64,000 nucleotides of DNA from Escherichia phage F2. Positions 33,980-45,853 of the stretch are shown one piece after another. Each line of letters opens with the position of its first letter. Positions within the stretch are counted from its first letter, which is position 1. A program made the translations under genes and the position numbers. The DNA is taken from sequence record NC_054913.1, one strand, 5' to 3'. Below the pieces are notes generated by a model, which saw only the letters and a program-made list of their open reading frames with translations, was not told the DNA's origin and ran no database searches.

Positions 33980-35562
33980 TATTTTACCTTAATGATATAG
34001 TTTAAAGAAATATTCCATGGGCGAGTTTCATTTCCAATTAATTCCGGACGATTCATGGTATATTTAGAGTTACGCTGAGACGCTGGATCAATTTCATATC
34101 CCTCGTTAGTAAAATACGAACGGTTATCCCAGTCAAGTCCTTTACGAGTACCAACAAAGTTTGAACGACGAGTATTACCAAATGCACCGGAATCGTCATG
34201 TTCACCAAAACCACCAGCATGCTTATGATATGACATCTGTTGTTTTTGCACTTCACCAACATATCCACCAGTACAACCTACCGCCAGACGAGGCTTACCG
34301 AATTGGTCATTACCATTAACATTAGGGTTAGTTAAATGGTTACCACGACCTGAGCCGCGAACAAATAATCCACGCATATCAGGCAAGCCTGGGTTAGAAG
34401 AACTACCACCATATCGTGTCCCAATTCTGGAAGCATATACCGGACATTCTGAAGCAGAAACAGTCCCACCGTGACAGAAACGCCAGTCAGAACTCGGTAA
34501 ACTATCTGCAGCCCACATTGTAATAGCGCCAACTGGAAGAATTCGGTCTAATTCATTTTGAGTCACAATACGATTGCCTTGAATATAACCACCAGTCATA
34601 TTGACATTACCCGTTATATTAGCGCCACCAGAACCAACCGTCAACGTATTATTAATGCGAAGCGTGCCATTAATAGTTTGTCCACCTCGTTGGTGGATAA
34701 CATCAGCATTCCAAGCAAGGGCAGAAGAACCATCACCACCTGATTGGCTACCCGCTTGTGTAGTTAAACGAACAACTCCACGTAAAGAAGTTGTAGCCCC
34801 ACGCCCGTTTAATGTTGCGCCGGTCACTACAACTGAAGAGTTGTTACTATTTACTTCAGTCTGTGTCCCTAGTTTAACGACACCTTTATTAGTTTCTGAT
34901 GCTACTGAATTCATAAAGGTATAAGGTGAAATTGCATAGCCTTCACGCAGGGTGCCTTGTTGTGCTTGAGCAACTGTAGCCAAACGAACAACACCTGTAA
35001 TAGATTCGGTGGCGTCACTATTATTTGGAGCAATTTGCGAAATAAGTTTAATTGCTAATTGTTGCGTTTTTAACGGAGTCATTGCCGTTGTATCGTCAGA
35101 ACCAGCTAATGCCGCGGCAGAAGTTGAAATTTTAATTACACCATTTGTTGCTTCTGTTGACACTTTTGTCTGAAATACATTGTCTATTTTTTGATTCAAT
35201 TTAAGCGGAGTAATTGATGCATCGTCAATAGCTCCGGTTACTGCTTCATCTTCAGTAGCATAACGAGTTAAGCCATATTGTGTTTCGGTTGCATTAGGAT
35301 ATTGTAGACGAGCATTCAGTGTTGCCGGAGTAACAGCTTTACTATTATCTAATCCATCAATAACTTCTTGTGGAGTAGCTATTTGAATAATTCCTGGTGT
35401 AGTAGTTGTTGCTTCCGGTACGCCATTAACACCTGAAGGAGAAATAGCAGCTAATGCGGCTTGGACATTAGTGACTGTATCTGGAAAATTCGACCCCGTA
35501 GGGTCGAATTCAACGTAAATGGATTCGTTTGAAACGTGTTGGTATGTATTGTTATTACTCAT
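33979..35562 (-). CDS. 12: gp12 short tail fibre, 527 aa
   Basis: 527 aa as in T4; synteny. Confidence 0.9.
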   Translation of the reverse strand: MSNNNTYQHVSNESIYVEFDPTGSNFPDTVTNVQAALAAISPSGVNGVPEATTTTPGIIQIATPQEVIDGLDNSKAVTPATLNARLQYPNATETQYGLTRYATEDEAVTGAIDDASITPLKLNQKIDNVFQTKVSTEATNGVIKISTSAAALAGSDDTTAMTPLKTQQLAIKLISQIAPNNSDATESITGVVRLATVAQAQQGTLREGYAISPYTFMNSVASETNKGVVKLGTQTEVNSNNSSVVVTGATLNGRGATTSLRGVVRLTTQAGSQSGGDGSSALAWNADVIHQRGGQTINGTLRINNTLTVGSGGANITGNVNMTGGYIQGNRIVTQNELDRILPVGAITMWAADSLPSSDWRFCHGGTVSASECPVYASRIGTRYGGSSSNPGLPDMRGLFVRGSGRGNHLTNPNVNGNDQFGKPRLAVGCTGGYVGEVQKQQMSYHKHAGGFGEHDDSGAFGNTRRSNFVGTRKGLDWDNRSYFTNEGYEIDPASQRNSKYTMNRPELIGNETRPWNISLNYIIKVK

Positions 35563-36236
35563 GAGGCTCTCACAAAGTGGTAGAAAACGGTAGGAGTGTT
35601 ATGGTTATCAAGAGTAACCGTTTGGGCACCCAATAAATTCCATGTTCCGTATCCGGATTTTGCTTCAGACAAAATTTCTTGTGAAATTGTTACACCAAAC
35701 GAAGCATATGTTGGCAACACATGACGTTGGTTATCTAAATATGTCACCTGAAGTTTATTACCTTCGGTCGGATGGTCTTTATAAGAAGAAATAGCGATTT
35801 GATTAGCAATGGCTTCTTGTAAAGCTATACGAACTTGTGCCGTTAATTCGTTATCAGTCATACCGATTGTTGCTTTAACAGCAAGTCCAAATACGTTAAT
35901 AACGACCGGCGTTCCAGGGGCCAAAGTATCGTCGAGAACATCACCAGAAAAAGTCCAATAATCAACTTGTGCTGTACCTTCAGGCGATACGCCTGAAGTG
36001 TTTGTGACAACAGTACCAATATCAGCTCGTGCCATATTATGGACATCATTTATTGCAGATTCTACGTTAGCATCATAAAAACCGCGAGCTAACTGAGAAA
36101 TAGTCACTGAACCTACAGCTTGGTTGTTTAAAACATCAATTTGAGCTGGATTTTTTCTGTAATTCAAAAAATCAGCATGACGGGAAATAACTCCCGCCTT
36201 TGTATTAAGTACAGTCATTATGCAATCCTTACCCAA
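35559..36236 (-). CDS. 11: gp11 baseplate wedge / short-fibre attachment protein, 225 aa
   Basis: Length and synteny. Confidence 0.85.
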   Translation of the reverse strand: MGKDCIMTVLNTKAGVISRHADFLNYRKNPAQIDVLNNQAVGSVTISQLARGFYDANVESAINDVHNMARADIGTVVTNTSGVSPEGTAQVDYWTFSGDVLDDTLAPGTPVVINVFGLAVKATIGMTDNELTAQVRIALQEAIANQIAISSYKDHPTEGNKLQVTYLDNQRHVLPTYASFGVTISQEILSEAKSGYGTWNLLGAQTVTLDNHNTPTVFYHFVRAS

Positions 36237-38023
36237 CGGTATACAGTTATAGATGGCTGAATATTAGTTATAGAACGCGCTGGAACATGAGATCCGTTAG
36301 TCTTTGCATGGTCTTCACGATATTTAGTGTAAATAGGACCTTCTTCATCTGGGTCATATTGGCAACCGCCTATAATTACTGTACCATTATCATCAGAAAT
36401 AAGAACCTTTTCATCGGTTTGCGTAGCTGGTAAATCAGCATTTTCTAATGTGATGGTTGTTACACCAACGGTACCACCTGCGGTATGAGTAGGGTTACCA
36501 TTGATGTCAAGGTCATTATTATTTAATGCAAAATTAGGATCCGACGCGTCGTCATTCCAACCTGCTAATACTTTGCCTTGTCCCCAAATTTTCCACGAAC
36601 CAAAACCTAAATAAGTTGCCGGATTATTAGGGTTAACCGCATTTTCGTAAATAGTCCCGACAGGATAAATTGTATCAAATATTGCTGAGATAGTCGAGAA
36701 TTCACGTTCATACTTAGGAACAGGTTCTACATTAGGCCATCCAATTTTATCGAAATCGGTTAATGCAACGTCACCAGTAATTTCAATGTTAGACCCTTGA
36801 GAAACATATTTCTCATCAGCGACATCAAGGATTTCGTCCATTTCAAGAAGAGTTCCTAAATCGTTATTAAACCATGTGATGGTAATAATGTCTTGGTCTT
36901 CAAATTGACGATCAAACAAAATTGCGCTAGGGATATTATCAGTATACTCAATCGCATAATCTGTATACGATTGAGTCCATGTCCCGCCGAGGTTTGTGCA
37001 TGACTCTTCAGAATCAGCATCCACACCTTCACAACGGAAAATAGGAGTACCAACAGTGCCAGCTAATTCTTGGAGAATACCATTGAAGCGAACTTCTAAC
37101 GAATTCGGGTTAGGTGGTTCCGTAGGATTAATACCAAATGCTGTAAATGGAATAGACCGGAACGTACTCAAATCAGTGACGTAAATACTTCCGTCAATAG
37201 ACTTTTTAGCAGTCAATTTACTATCTAAAATGCGAACTTGGCGACGAGTATATGAACTACGCCACTGAGAAACACCATCTAGGAATGTCTCAATTTGTAC
37301 GGTGTCCCCAACATTACATGGTTGGCGTAATCTGATATTAAATCCATCAAGTGCAACCAGTTCACCGGGATTAGCGCCTGGAGAACCAAAATCACTATTA
37401 TCACTGAATACATCACCATAATACAATTCGTTGCCACGATGTTTTACGCGAATGTTGTTAACGTTATAAGAGGTCCCGTTAAAAACATCCATGAAATCGG
37501 TCTGTCCTTGGGTTTCAACCAGATATTCTCTACGAGCAACATTACTAATGTCAGAGCTAACTATTTTATCAATTTGTTTGTTCTTGATATATTCCCAACG
37601 TCCAGGAGCACAATAAACTAATTCTAAATCAGAGAACTGAACGTTAATTTCTACCGGAGATGAAGAACCTTTAATCGTGTCTCCGTTTGCCGGAATTAAA
37701 GTAACAGGGTTAATGTTCCAAGTTGCAAATACGTCACGAGCACGAATAACTTTATTATAGTCTGCAATTGTCCCTTTAGGAAGATTTACCGAAACCCGGC
37801 CAGAAGTAGTATTAATTGCATAAGATTTACCCCAAGCCGCCTTAAGATTAAGACCATCAGCCGCATCATAAGTCTTCCATGCGCCAGCGGAATAAGGAAC
37901 TTCACCATCACCTAATTCATAATAGATTTCGTCAAAGTTCTCATTTATTTTTTCACCACCTCGACGAAGGTAATCGCCTTGTCCGTCATCAACGACGTTA
38001 CCAATTTTAATATTTTGTTTCAT
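36218..38023 (-). CDS. 10: gp10 baseplate wedge protein, 601 aa
   Basis: Length and synteny. Confidence 0.85.
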   Translation of the reverse strand: MKQNIKIGNVVDDGQGDYLRRGGEKINENFDEIYYELGDGEVPYSAGAWKTYDAADGLNLKAAWGKSYAINTTSGRVSVNLPKGTIADYNKVIRARDVFATWNINPVTLIPANGDTIKGSSSPVEINVQFSDLELVYCAPGRWEYIKNKQIDKIVSSDISNVARREYLVETQGQTDFMDVFNGTSYNVNNIRVKHRGNELYYGDVFSDNSDFGSPGANPGELVALDGFNIRLRQPCNVGDTVQIETFLDGVSQWRSSYTRRQVRILDSKLTAKKSIDGSIYVTDLSTFRSIPFTAFGINPTEPPNPNSLEVRFNGILQELAGTVGTPIFRCEGVDADSEESCTNLGGTWTQSYTDYAIEYTDNIPSAILFDRQFEDQDIITITWFNNDLGTLLEMDEILDVADEKYVSQGSNIEITGDVALTDFDKIGWPNVEPVPKYEREFSTISAIFDTIYPVGTIYENAVNPNNPATYLGFGSWKIWGQGKVLAGWNDDASDPNFALNNNDLDINGNPTHTAGGTVGVTTITLENADLPATQTDEKVLISDDNGTVIIGGCQYDPDEEGPIYTKYREDHAKTNGSHVPARSITNIQPSITVYRWVRIA

Positions 38024-38895
38024 TATTGAGCGACCCCAATTTTCTGAGTTGAGATAATTTTAACTGCCGAACGTAATCCAATAATATCAGATGTAATCGT
38101 CATAGTAACAAAGTTGTTAATAATACTAAAGCTAATATTAGCAATCTCGTCGGTTTCATCTACATTACCAACTCGCATTACTGCAAATTCGGTAGAAAGA
38201 ACTTCTGAGTTAATTGTATCTATTAGAATATTTATTTCGCATGTTTTTATTTTTCTACCGTCAGCGGATTGGCATGTAACAAGCAATTTAGCCATGTTAT
38301 AATCTGTACGATAAAAGAGAGGAATAGAAACTGTGTTTCCTGTAAGACTCCAAGTCCCATCGACAGGAGATTCTTTCTGCCCAAACATGCTATCAGTAGA
38401 ATAATTCCATACTGAAGTTGGCCCATTAATTTCAATACAACGAAGAACAACATGGGTATAAGGGGTGGAAATAACAAGATTATTAAGAACGCCTTTAATT
38501 GAACCATCGGTTACTTGGATACTTAAAGGATTGTTAACAGAAATAGACCCATTAGAGTTTATGAATTCTACAGAGTCACCTAATTCAGGACGGTCAATAA
38601 TAACAATCACACCGCCATCAGAAGCATCAATATCATGCATGGTGCCAGGTTTAATAGGAGTTTGATAATCGACAGCCTTTCCTTTTTGATAATAGCCTGT
38701 GGCATGAATAGTTTGACCTGTTGGTCCGGTTCCATCTGCTACGGCCATTTTACGTTGATCGCCAAATGCATTGTAAATAGCGTTGATATCGTCATTTATT
38801 TTATTACCACCGTCGAATAAGATATCACCTGTTGAGGCATTACCAATTTCGCCGGTATCGATTAATTGTTTAGGAGTTTGCTTAAAAAATGCCAT
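38023..38895 (-). CDS. 9: gp9 baseplate wedge / long-fibre socket protein, 290 aa
   Basis: Length and synteny. Confidence 0.85.
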   Translation of the reverse strand: MAFFKQTPKQLIDTGEIGNASTGDILFDGGNKINDDINAIYNAFGDQRKMAVADGTGPTGQTIHATGYYQKGKAVDYQTPIKPGTMHDIDASDGGVIVIIDRPELGDSVEFINSNGSISVNNPLSIQVTDGSIKGVLNNLVISTPYTHVVLRCIEINGPTSVWNYSTDSMFGQKESPVDGTWSLTGNTVSIPLFYRTDYNMAKLLVTCQSADGRKIKTCEINILIDTINSEVLSTEFAVMRVGNVDETDEIANISFSIINNFVTMTITSDIIGLRSAVKIISTQKIGVAQ

Positions 38896-38928
38896 AATTC
38901 TGCCTTTTGTTGTCCGATATTATATTCT

Positions 38929-38964
38929 ATTTATAGATACAAAAATGGGAGCCCGAAGGCTCCC
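38929..38964 (-). promoter_or_regulatory. terminator hairpin after gene 8 followed by the late promoter for gene 9
   Basis: gggagcc-cgaa-ggctccc at 38947-38964 with a U-tract on the minus strand; reverse complement TATAAATA at 38929-38936. Confidence 0.65.
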
Positions 38965-38967
38965 TAA

Positions 38968-39972
38968 TTAAAACATAAACAAAATGTTAATTTCTTCTGT
39001 TTGGTCCATTGCCATAATAACAGGTGGTCGGTTTTCCATATAAATCATTTCACCGGAATGACGCTGCAGGTCTCTAGGGTCGTAATAATCCTTTTCTGCT
39101 TTAACATTAGGGTCATTTGGATTTTTCTTAGCTTCTAACGGGTTTGTGATAATTGATATCTGTCTAAAACCCTTGTTACCAGGCAAAGCTGCCTCAGGGA
39201 AATAAACAGAATCAAAATATGCTTTAAACCGCATCGTATTGGCTTTAACACGGTAAATCAAGCCGTAGTCATCTTGTTGCCAAGTTAAGTTATTTTCATA
39301 TCCCCAACGGGCGGGGTCTTCTTTAATTTCTTCCGGCCATGGAACTACAAGATATTCATTAGTGCAACGGTTAATTGACACATCGGCAGGAATCTCATAA
39401 AGGTATTCCCAAATATATCCATCACCGGTTTCGATAACCCCATTAGCATCGCCTCTGCCTTCAGGAGGAGACATAGAACGAACAGACGGAGTCCATTTAC
39501 CACCTAATTTAAGACATTCATCTTTATTATCTAAAGATTCTATTGAACAGAGCCCTACGTCAGGGACATCTAAACAACGGTAAATTAACCAACCAGCTCC
39601 AACTTCTGTCGCGTTGTACGGAGCAGTATTACATGCGACTATATCGTTAATTCTAAACGTGTAAGGGTCTGGATATCGCACATCTCCCCAATCACGTCTA
39701 GGAATAACAGAATCTAACATTGAAGGTAAAACTTTAACGGTACCCATCATATGGGACCACATATCAGTAACACCAAGAACAGAATCTGTAGGATAAGGTG
39801 GGGCGAAGCCCACCTCATTTTCATTTGACGCCCAAGGCTCTGAACGTCCAAACGTAATATAAATGGAGTTCTTATCATCTCCATCCCCAACTGAATTATA
39901 AAAATTCAGCATTTTCTCTGTTCTAAATTTTGATGTAACTATTGCACGATAGATAACACTTGAATCATTCAT
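38968..39972 (-). CDS. 8: gp8 baseplate wedge protein, 334 aa
   Basis: 334 aa as in T4; synteny. Confidence 0.85.
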   Translation of the reverse strand: MNDSSVIYRAIVTSKFRTEKMLNFYNSVGDGDDKNSIYITFGRSEPWASNENEVGFAPPYPTDSVLGVTDMWSHMMGTVKVLPSMLDSVIPRRDWGDVRYPDPYTFRINDIVACNTAPYNATEVGAGWLIYRCLDVPDVGLCSIESLDNKDECLKLGGKWTPSVRSMSPPEGRGDANGVIETGDGYIWEYLYEIPADVSINRCTNEYLVVPWPEEIKEDPARWGYENNLTWQQDDYGLIYRVKANTMRFKAYFDSVYFPEAALPGNKGFRQISIITNPLEAKKNPNDPNVKAEKDYYDPRDLQRHSGEMIYMENRPPVIMAMDQTEEINILFMF

Positions 39973-42900
39973 CTAATTTAACCTGTGGTGGATTCACGGG
40001 GTCTCTTGGATTTCCTACATTATCGATTAACCGTTGTTCAACCAAATCTCTAAATCTAGAGAATGTTGTTCCGGACGCATCAAATAATGGGCTCATCAGT
40101 TTACGTCGTTCCGATGGAAGTTGACCTTGAAATATAGAGTTATTGTTTTCAGCGTTATAATCTTCAGGCAATGGATAATCTTGACCAGCCATAGGGCCTA
40201 TTTCATATATCGCTTTACCTGTAATAGGGTCAAACTCAACATTTCCTTGTGGGTCTAATTTAGCCACTCGGTCTGCATATTTAGTCGGTAATCCAGAATC
40301 CCACTTATAGTTTTTGTATTTATTAATAATGGTTTCAACATGTTTAAGTGTTAATCCAGTGTTAATAAACATTGTGAGAAGGGTAATTGCGATAAATCCA
40401 AATCCAACCGGATGAACAAAACGTAATACGTCTGATTTCCAACGAGATGATGGAAGTTTAGATTTAATCTTCATTACGTAGTATGCTCTACCACGATTTA
40501 TGTAATCGATGTTGTTCTGAGAAAGCTCTTTACCTTTAATACCACGAACAATTTCACCTTCAAAACCAGGGAGTCTTTCAGCTTTAACTTCCTGTCCTTG
40601 GATTAAACGACCTAAGAGGTTGTGAATTGTTACAGCCCATTGTAATTTACCTTTAGAGTAACTTCTCTCGATATACGTCACATTACAACGTCCTGTAGCG
40701 GTGTATATGGTTTGTCCGACCAAATCTTCTGTCAACGAATCAGATTCAATGATGATATCATATTCGGTCCCGGAACTAGATTCAATTTCAATTTCAACAT
40801 CTTCATTATAAAGCACTTTAAACAAGAATTTATATGATGCTTCAGTTCCTTTAGTTGAATAGAAGTCATAACTTCTTGATTCAAAGAAACGAGACACTAA
40901 ATCGCGTTTTTCGGCGTTTAAGTAAATGTTTCGTTTATAAATCTCAGACCATAAATATTCCCACGCATGTTCTTCTCGTGGATATTGATTTTTAATAAGA
41001 TTTAAAAGGTTGTTATAATGGGTCCCATAACCGTCAGAAAGATACTGAATATAAGCCTCGCAGAATGCTTCGAAGTTTGTATTATCTAAAAGATAAGACT
41101 CCGGCATCATTGTAGTGAGCAATGGTCGTAAATCTGGGTCCGCAATACCATTCTCTTCCACAGGAGCCCATGTGGTATCTTTTTCTTGGTTTTGTAACGA
41201 TGCTGTTAAGAATACATTAGTAGGCTTCCAAATTATAGAAACATTATCTCTAACACGGTAACTAAAATCATAATAAGAAATAATCTCACCTGATGCTTTA
41301 TAGAAAATCATGCCGGATGCATATTTTTTAAATCCGGCGAAATCTACGTTAGGCATCACTATTGTACAGTCTCCATCATTCCAATATTCATGAACTTCAC
41401 GGTCTGAAGAACTAAGTGGGTGACTCTCAATAACCTTAGTGTAAAGTAAATCAGAATAAATTACAACGGCCTTGTCTGAGTTATTAATCCAACAACGAGT
41501 ACCAGACTTTCTAGAATAACTAAAGAATGGCTCAGCATAGTATTCCATCGGTTGAGGAGTGAACGATTCCCATTGAGAGTCTTCAGTTGAAATAAATGAC
41601 ATCATATGATAATGTTTATCAGCCAACCATTCGCGAGGATACTCGTATTTAACAGCACCGATTAAACCGTACTTGGTTTGTGTTTTTTGGTCATCAACAA
41701 TATCTGATTCTAAAAATTTAAAATTACTAGATGAAATAGATAACTCAACACCATCAGTAGACATACTGGTGTACCCAGGTTCAATACGACGGCGTTCTTC
41801 TTCAGTATTACCAAACACACGTTTAAATGTGCCAGCATCATGGTCTAGAACGTAAACACCTTTATCAGCAGAATCAACAATAGGAGTGGTCCTCGGGTCG
41901 TCATTAAGATTAACAACTTCACCGATAATCAGTGCAAATATTTTACCACCGACAGAATCCATTTTATAGCAAACTGCCTTAGGGTTACCTGTGATGTTAA
42001 ATGTTTCTTGTTCAAACAAACGTTCGGAATATGTCGGAGATAATGGGTCTGAATCAATAGGGGCATTACTAGTTTTAATAAAACGGACTTTATCTCGAGC
42101 AGCAACATATACATAATCGTCATTGCAAACGATAGCTTCTGCAATACGTGATACGTTAGCAGGTAATGATGCGTAGTTACCAAATATTTCTACATCAAAT
42201 CCTAAATTTAACTGGTCACCAATTTTAGCAAATGTTATATCTTGAGAACTAAATCTCACATCATCAGCAGACCAACGAACGTCAGTTGATTTACGGCCGT
42301 AAAATAATTTATCATACCCAAGAACATACGTGGTGTAATCTGTCTGGTAATACACTGTTCTTGATACAGGGTACCCTACACGGTCATTAAACAATTTAAC
42401 CGATTTCCAGGTTTGTCCCTTATCATTAGAGACTTTAACCACAGGCTGATACCGTTCAAACAAATAAAGAATTCCTTCGGATTCCATCAAATAAACACGG
42501 TTTATATCATGACACACCTGTTGAATCGAACCTTGAATTTCATGATACTCATTTTCACCAATAATGAAATTTTTAATAGATGAAATATCCGCATAAGCAG
42601 GGCTAAATTGGAACGATTCATTCATTAGAGCTGCCATTATAGTGTCGTTATTAAAATCGACATAAGCCGTGTTGTTATTTGTAAATTTTTCTCTAATAAA
42701 AGTATTAGCCAATTGCATTTCAATCATATGTTGAAATGTATACGCGTTAGTCTGAAATGATTCAAATATTTCGGTATATACCCAATCAGATCTCTCGAAG
42801 CCTTCAGCGGCAGTTGATACACGAATAATATAAGAAGTTAATGGGTCTAAGCTACTTTCGAACCAGTTGCTATTAGGAGTATATCCTAAATTTGTCCATC

Positions 42901-43063
42901 TGTAGCTGGCAGGGGGAATTATTTCCCCGTCTGCCGTTTTAGTCTCAGCGATTTCTACGAAATAGTAGAAATTAGCACCAACGTCATCCCAGCGTATTTG
43001 AACTTGGTTAGCGGACAACTTGGATATTCTGAGACTTGTGACTGCTGGCGCTTTTACTGTCAT
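39965..43063 (-). CDS. 7: gp7 baseplate wedge initiator, 1032 aa
   Basis: 1032 aa as in T4; synteny. Confidence 0.9.
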   Translation of the reverse strand: MTVKAPAVTSLRISKLSANQVQIRWDDVGANFYYFVEIAETKTADGEIIPPASYRWTNLGYTPNSNWFESSLDPLTSYIIRVSTAAEGFERSDWVYTEIFESFQTNAYTFQHMIEMQLANTFIREKFTNNNTAYVDFNNDTIMAALMNESFQFSPAYADISSIKNFIIGENEYHEIQGSIQQVCHDINRVYLMESEGILYLFERYQPVVKVSNDKGQTWKSVKLFNDRVGYPVSRTVYYQTDYTTYVLGYDKLFYGRKSTDVRWSADDVRFSSQDITFAKIGDQLNLGFDVEIFGNYASLPANVSRIAEAIVCNDDYVYVAARDKVRFIKTSNAPIDSDPLSPTYSERLFEQETFNITGNPKAVCYKMDSVGGKIFALIIGEVVNLNDDPRTTPIVDSADKGVYVLDHDAGTFKRVFGNTEEERRRIEPGYTSMSTDGVELSISSSNFKFLESDIVDDQKTQTKYGLIGAVKYEYPREWLADKHYHMMSFISTEDSQWESFTPQPMEYYAEPFFSYSRKSGTRCWINNSDKAVVIYSDLLYTKVIESHPLSSSDREVHEYWNDGDCTIVMPNVDFAGFKKYASGMIFYKASGEIISYYDFSYRVRDNVSIIWKPTNVFLTASLQNQEKDTTWAPVEENGIADPDLRPLLTTMMPESYLLDNTNFEAFCEAYIQYLSDGYGTHYNNLLNLIKNQYPREEHAWEYLWSEIYKRNIYLNAEKRDLVSRFFESRSYDFYSTKGTEASYKFLFKVLYNEDVEIEIESSSGTEYDIIIESDSLTEDLVGQTIYTATGRCNVTYIERSYSKGKLQWAVTIHNLLGRLIQGQEVKAERLPGFEGEIVRGIKGKELSQNNIDYINRGRAYYVMKIKSKLPSSRWKSDVLRFVHPVGFGFIAITLLTMFINTGLTLKHVETIINKYKNYKWDSGLPTKYADRVAKLDPQGNVEFDPITGKAIYEIGPMAGQDYPLPEDYNAENNNSIFQGQLPSERRKLMSPLFDASGTTFSRFRDLVEQRLIDNVGNPRDPVNPPQVKLDE

Positions 43064-45033
43064 TGTGAAATAGGCTCCAAATCTATAGTTAAGTACTGAG
43101 GACGTAAGTCATTTTCGAATACGATTAAAGAACCATCCTTTGTAAAAATAATATCATCTGCAGGGTCGGAATAAAGTTCAATTGTTTGAACTTCAAAACG
43201 GTCTGAAGTGAGGTCAATTTTAGCAATGTTCCAATAAATCGAATCGGCAGGATAATTCACTTCACCAATTGAATAGTATTTGTTTCGTCCGTCAGTAACA
43301 GTAAGTTTATTAAAATCATTACCTGTATAAGGTTGTATATTTTCGTTTTCAACAACATCACCGTCTGCAAATGGACCAATAATAACTTGACCTATGCCAC
43401 GGTCATTACGGTCAGAAGATACTATGCGAACACCGTATTTAATAGTTTCGTTTGCATTTTCTGGATTAGGTCTGTGCGAATCAAACGAGAATATATTAGA
43501 TTCCATCGATCTATCTTTAATCTGATTATTGTATTTAATACCGGCCTCAGGCGTTTTATAGAAGTTTTGTACTTCGCGAACCATTTGAATAGTAGCTGAA
43601 GAACCAATAATAGAAATATCTGCATCATCGACATAAGTTAGCATTTTAGATTTTGCAAATGATGAGTTAAAAATTTCTACATCTTCAATATAATAACGGT
43701 CTATTTTATTAATAATCTGCCCTTCAAGATATTGTTCTGATTCCTGGAGTTTATTCAACGCGTACGTAACTTTGATATTCATTTTGATAAACAAATAATC
43801 AGGCGAAATAACAACAGGTGTAATAGTCCCTAAGTTATAATCATTCAAATAGTTTTTGATATCATCACGTTGAACAGAAGTCAAATACAATCCAGATTTA
43901 GGCTTAGCAGCAATATATGCGTACCCTGGTTTAGATGAATCCGTGAATGTTTGAACAGCTTGAATAATAGAACCAAACCGCTCAGAGACGAATGTGTCAT
44001 AGTCGGAAGCGGTTACACAACGTTGTTGAGTTTCGCGTTTAATTGTGCCTAATTCGCGGATACGTTCAATATCTTCAGGGTCGCCGCCACCATCGGCCCC
44101 AACAAAGTCTGGGTTATTGCTAGGGTTCTCGTTAATACCGATTACCGTGATATTAGCTAATGTATCAGCATAAGAAAATCCTACAGCACCGTTAGCATCT
44201 GCGCCGTTAGTAGAAATATACTCAATTACGATTTTAGAACCCTGAACAGGTTTAAGGCCACCAATATAGTTAGATGTTAACGCACCTTCTGATGTGTTAA
44301 TAGAGATTTCGCCTTCACCAAAATAAAATTCAGTGTTCCCATCAACTGTTTCACGCATATAATAGATTGTTGACGTAGAACCAGCGTGAACCATCGACTT
44401 ACGAGTCCAGTTAATCCATTCTGCTCCGTCAACATACAACTTAACCAAATTACGGTCAATATTCTTATCACGAATAATGATAGGTTTTAATCTATCAAAT
44501 GTTAATTCAGTGCGAACAATACGTCCTTGAGCTAATCGAAGACGTGGAAAATATTGGTTATTTTTGTCTTTAACTACAATGACATCTTCAGTAGAAACAA
44601 AGTTATACGGGTTAACAGAAGTATCTTTAGCGTATGCTAAGAAACGAGTGCCACGTGGAATGGTGATATAGTTTCTATTTAATGCATCAGTACATGTGAG
44701 CATAATTTCTGTTTGTGCTGCTGATTTAGATGAAGGCAGATATCCGTTATCTTGAGCCGCTTGTACAACAGAACTACGCAAGTTTGCAGTACGCATAAAA
44801 CTTTCATACACTGCACTATTACTGAACTGTTGGATGTAAAGAGTGTTATATGCTAAAAGGTCACACAATACGTTTAAACGCGAACCTTCAAAATCATAAT
44901 CAAGAAATTCATTCTGTCCATTGAGCCATTCGATAATGTTCTGTTTGATTTCGGCAAATGTGCCCCCGATAAAAATCTCGGGAATAGCATTCGCTGTTCG
45001 GGTTAATTGATAATTTACAGGAGTGTTTGCCAT
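43060..45033 (-). CDS. 6: gp6 baseplate wedge protein, 657 aa from the MANTPVNYQ start
   Basis: The internal Met (start codon at 45031-45033) gives the T4-like N-terminus; the ORF track extends 19 codons further upstream. Confidence 0.85.
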   Translation of the reverse strand: MANTPVNYQLTRTANAIPEIFIGGTFAEIKQNIIEWLNGQNEFLDYDFEGSRLNVLCDLLAYNTLYIQQFSNSAVYESFMRTANLRSSVVQAAQDNGYLPSSKSAAQTEIMLTCTDALNRNYITIPRGTRFLAYAKDTSVNPYNFVSTEDVIVVKDKNNQYFPRLRLAQGRIVRTELTFDRLKPIIIRDKNIDRNLVKLYVDGAEWINWTRKSMVHAGSTSTIYYMRETVDGNTEFYFGEGEISINTSEGALTSNYIGGLKPVQGSKIVIEYISTNGADANGAVGFSYADTLANITVIGINENPSNNPDFVGADGGGDPEDIERIRELGTIKRETQQRCVTASDYDTFVSERFGSIIQAVQTFTDSSKPGYAYIAAKPKSGLYLTSVQRDDIKNYLNDYNLGTITPVVISPDYLFIKMNIKVTYALNKLQESEQYLEGQIINKIDRYYIEDVEIFNSSFAKSKMLTYVDDADISIIGSSATIQMVREVQNFYKTPEAGIKYNNQIKDRSMESNIFSFDSHRPNPENANETIKYGVRIVSSDRNDRGIGQVIIGPFADGDVVENENIQPYTGNDFNKLTVTDGRNKYYSIGEVNYPADSIYWNIAKIDLTSDRFEVQTIELYSDPADDIIFTKDGSLIVFENDLRPQYLTIDLEPISQ

Positions 45034-45041
45034 TTTAATTC

Positions 45042-45335
45042 CTATTTTATAAAGACTTTTGACGAGGCCTGAGAAACAGTATCCCCGCATGAAATTGGGT
45101 CAGCCATTTGAACAGCCTTTTTACCGGTGACATATACTTTAGATGTACGAGGTTCAGTAACACCTCCATGAGTCTCGTATGGTTTTTTAATTTCTGTATG
45201 AGGTGTTATTTGGTCTCCTGCCACAAGAACAGGAATACCGCCGGTGAATACTTTAGATTGGGAAGCATTTATTACAGTAGGAGGCCATGCTTCATGACCT
45301 GTTGTAACGCACTTGTCGTAACTTAAGCCAGACAT
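45042..45335 (-). CDS. 5.4: gp5.4 PAAR-repeat spike tip protein, 97 aa from the MSGLSYDKC start
   Basis: Recognisably T4 gp5.4; the ORF track has an 18-codon N-terminal extension. Confidence 0.85.
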   Translation of the reverse strand: MSGLSYDKCVTTGHEAWPPTVINASQSKVFTGGIPVLVAGDQITPHTEIKKPYETHGGVTEPRTSKVYVTGKKAVQMADPISCGDTVSQASSKVFIK

Positions 45336-45337
45336 TT

Positions 45338-45853
45338 TCACGGCCTCACATAAACATAGTTTCGTAATTGTTGAGCCCATTTGCTCCAATTTCCTACTAT
45401 AGTTTTTGTATAAACCTTAGTAAGAGTTTTTTGTACTGGAGCCGGTGGAGGTTCTGTACCAGAGTCACTTCTAGAACCGCCTGATGAACTTTCTTCTTGG
45501 TAGTTATAAATCATTTCAACCGTATAACTAAACACTTTACGAAGATTCTGAGGAGCTCTCCACAAATATAACTGTGTGGATTCATCTTTTGGTAAATCAT
45601 CCCATGAAGATGCGGTTTCAAAATCATCATTTAATCGGTATTTCAATGCATCCGAAGAAAAGCTAAACACACTTTCATATGTTCCATATAAACGATTACC
45701 ATCTACCGTAATGCCTTGTGTCGGTTCATAATCTGTTATATTTATTGACACTAAAGTTTCGGTTGTTTCTAACTGTGGAGTAAAAAGGACGTCAATAGAC
45801 GCCCCTTCCATGTCTTCTCCTAAGTCGGTATTTAAAGGAAGTATATTAGCCAA
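45338..45853 (-). CDS. hypothetical protein in the gene 5 to gene 6 interval (5.1/5.3-like), 171 aa
   Basis: ORF in a syntenic position; no motif recognised. Confidence 0.6.
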   Translation of the reverse strand: MANILPLNTDLGEDMEGASIDVLFTPQLETTETLVSINITDYEPTQGITVDGNRLYGTYESVFSFSSDALKYRLNDDFETASSWDDLPKDESTQLYLWRAPQNLRKVFSYTVEMIYNYQEESSSGGSRSDSGTEPPPAPVQKTLTKVYTKTIVGNWSKWAQQLRNYVYVRP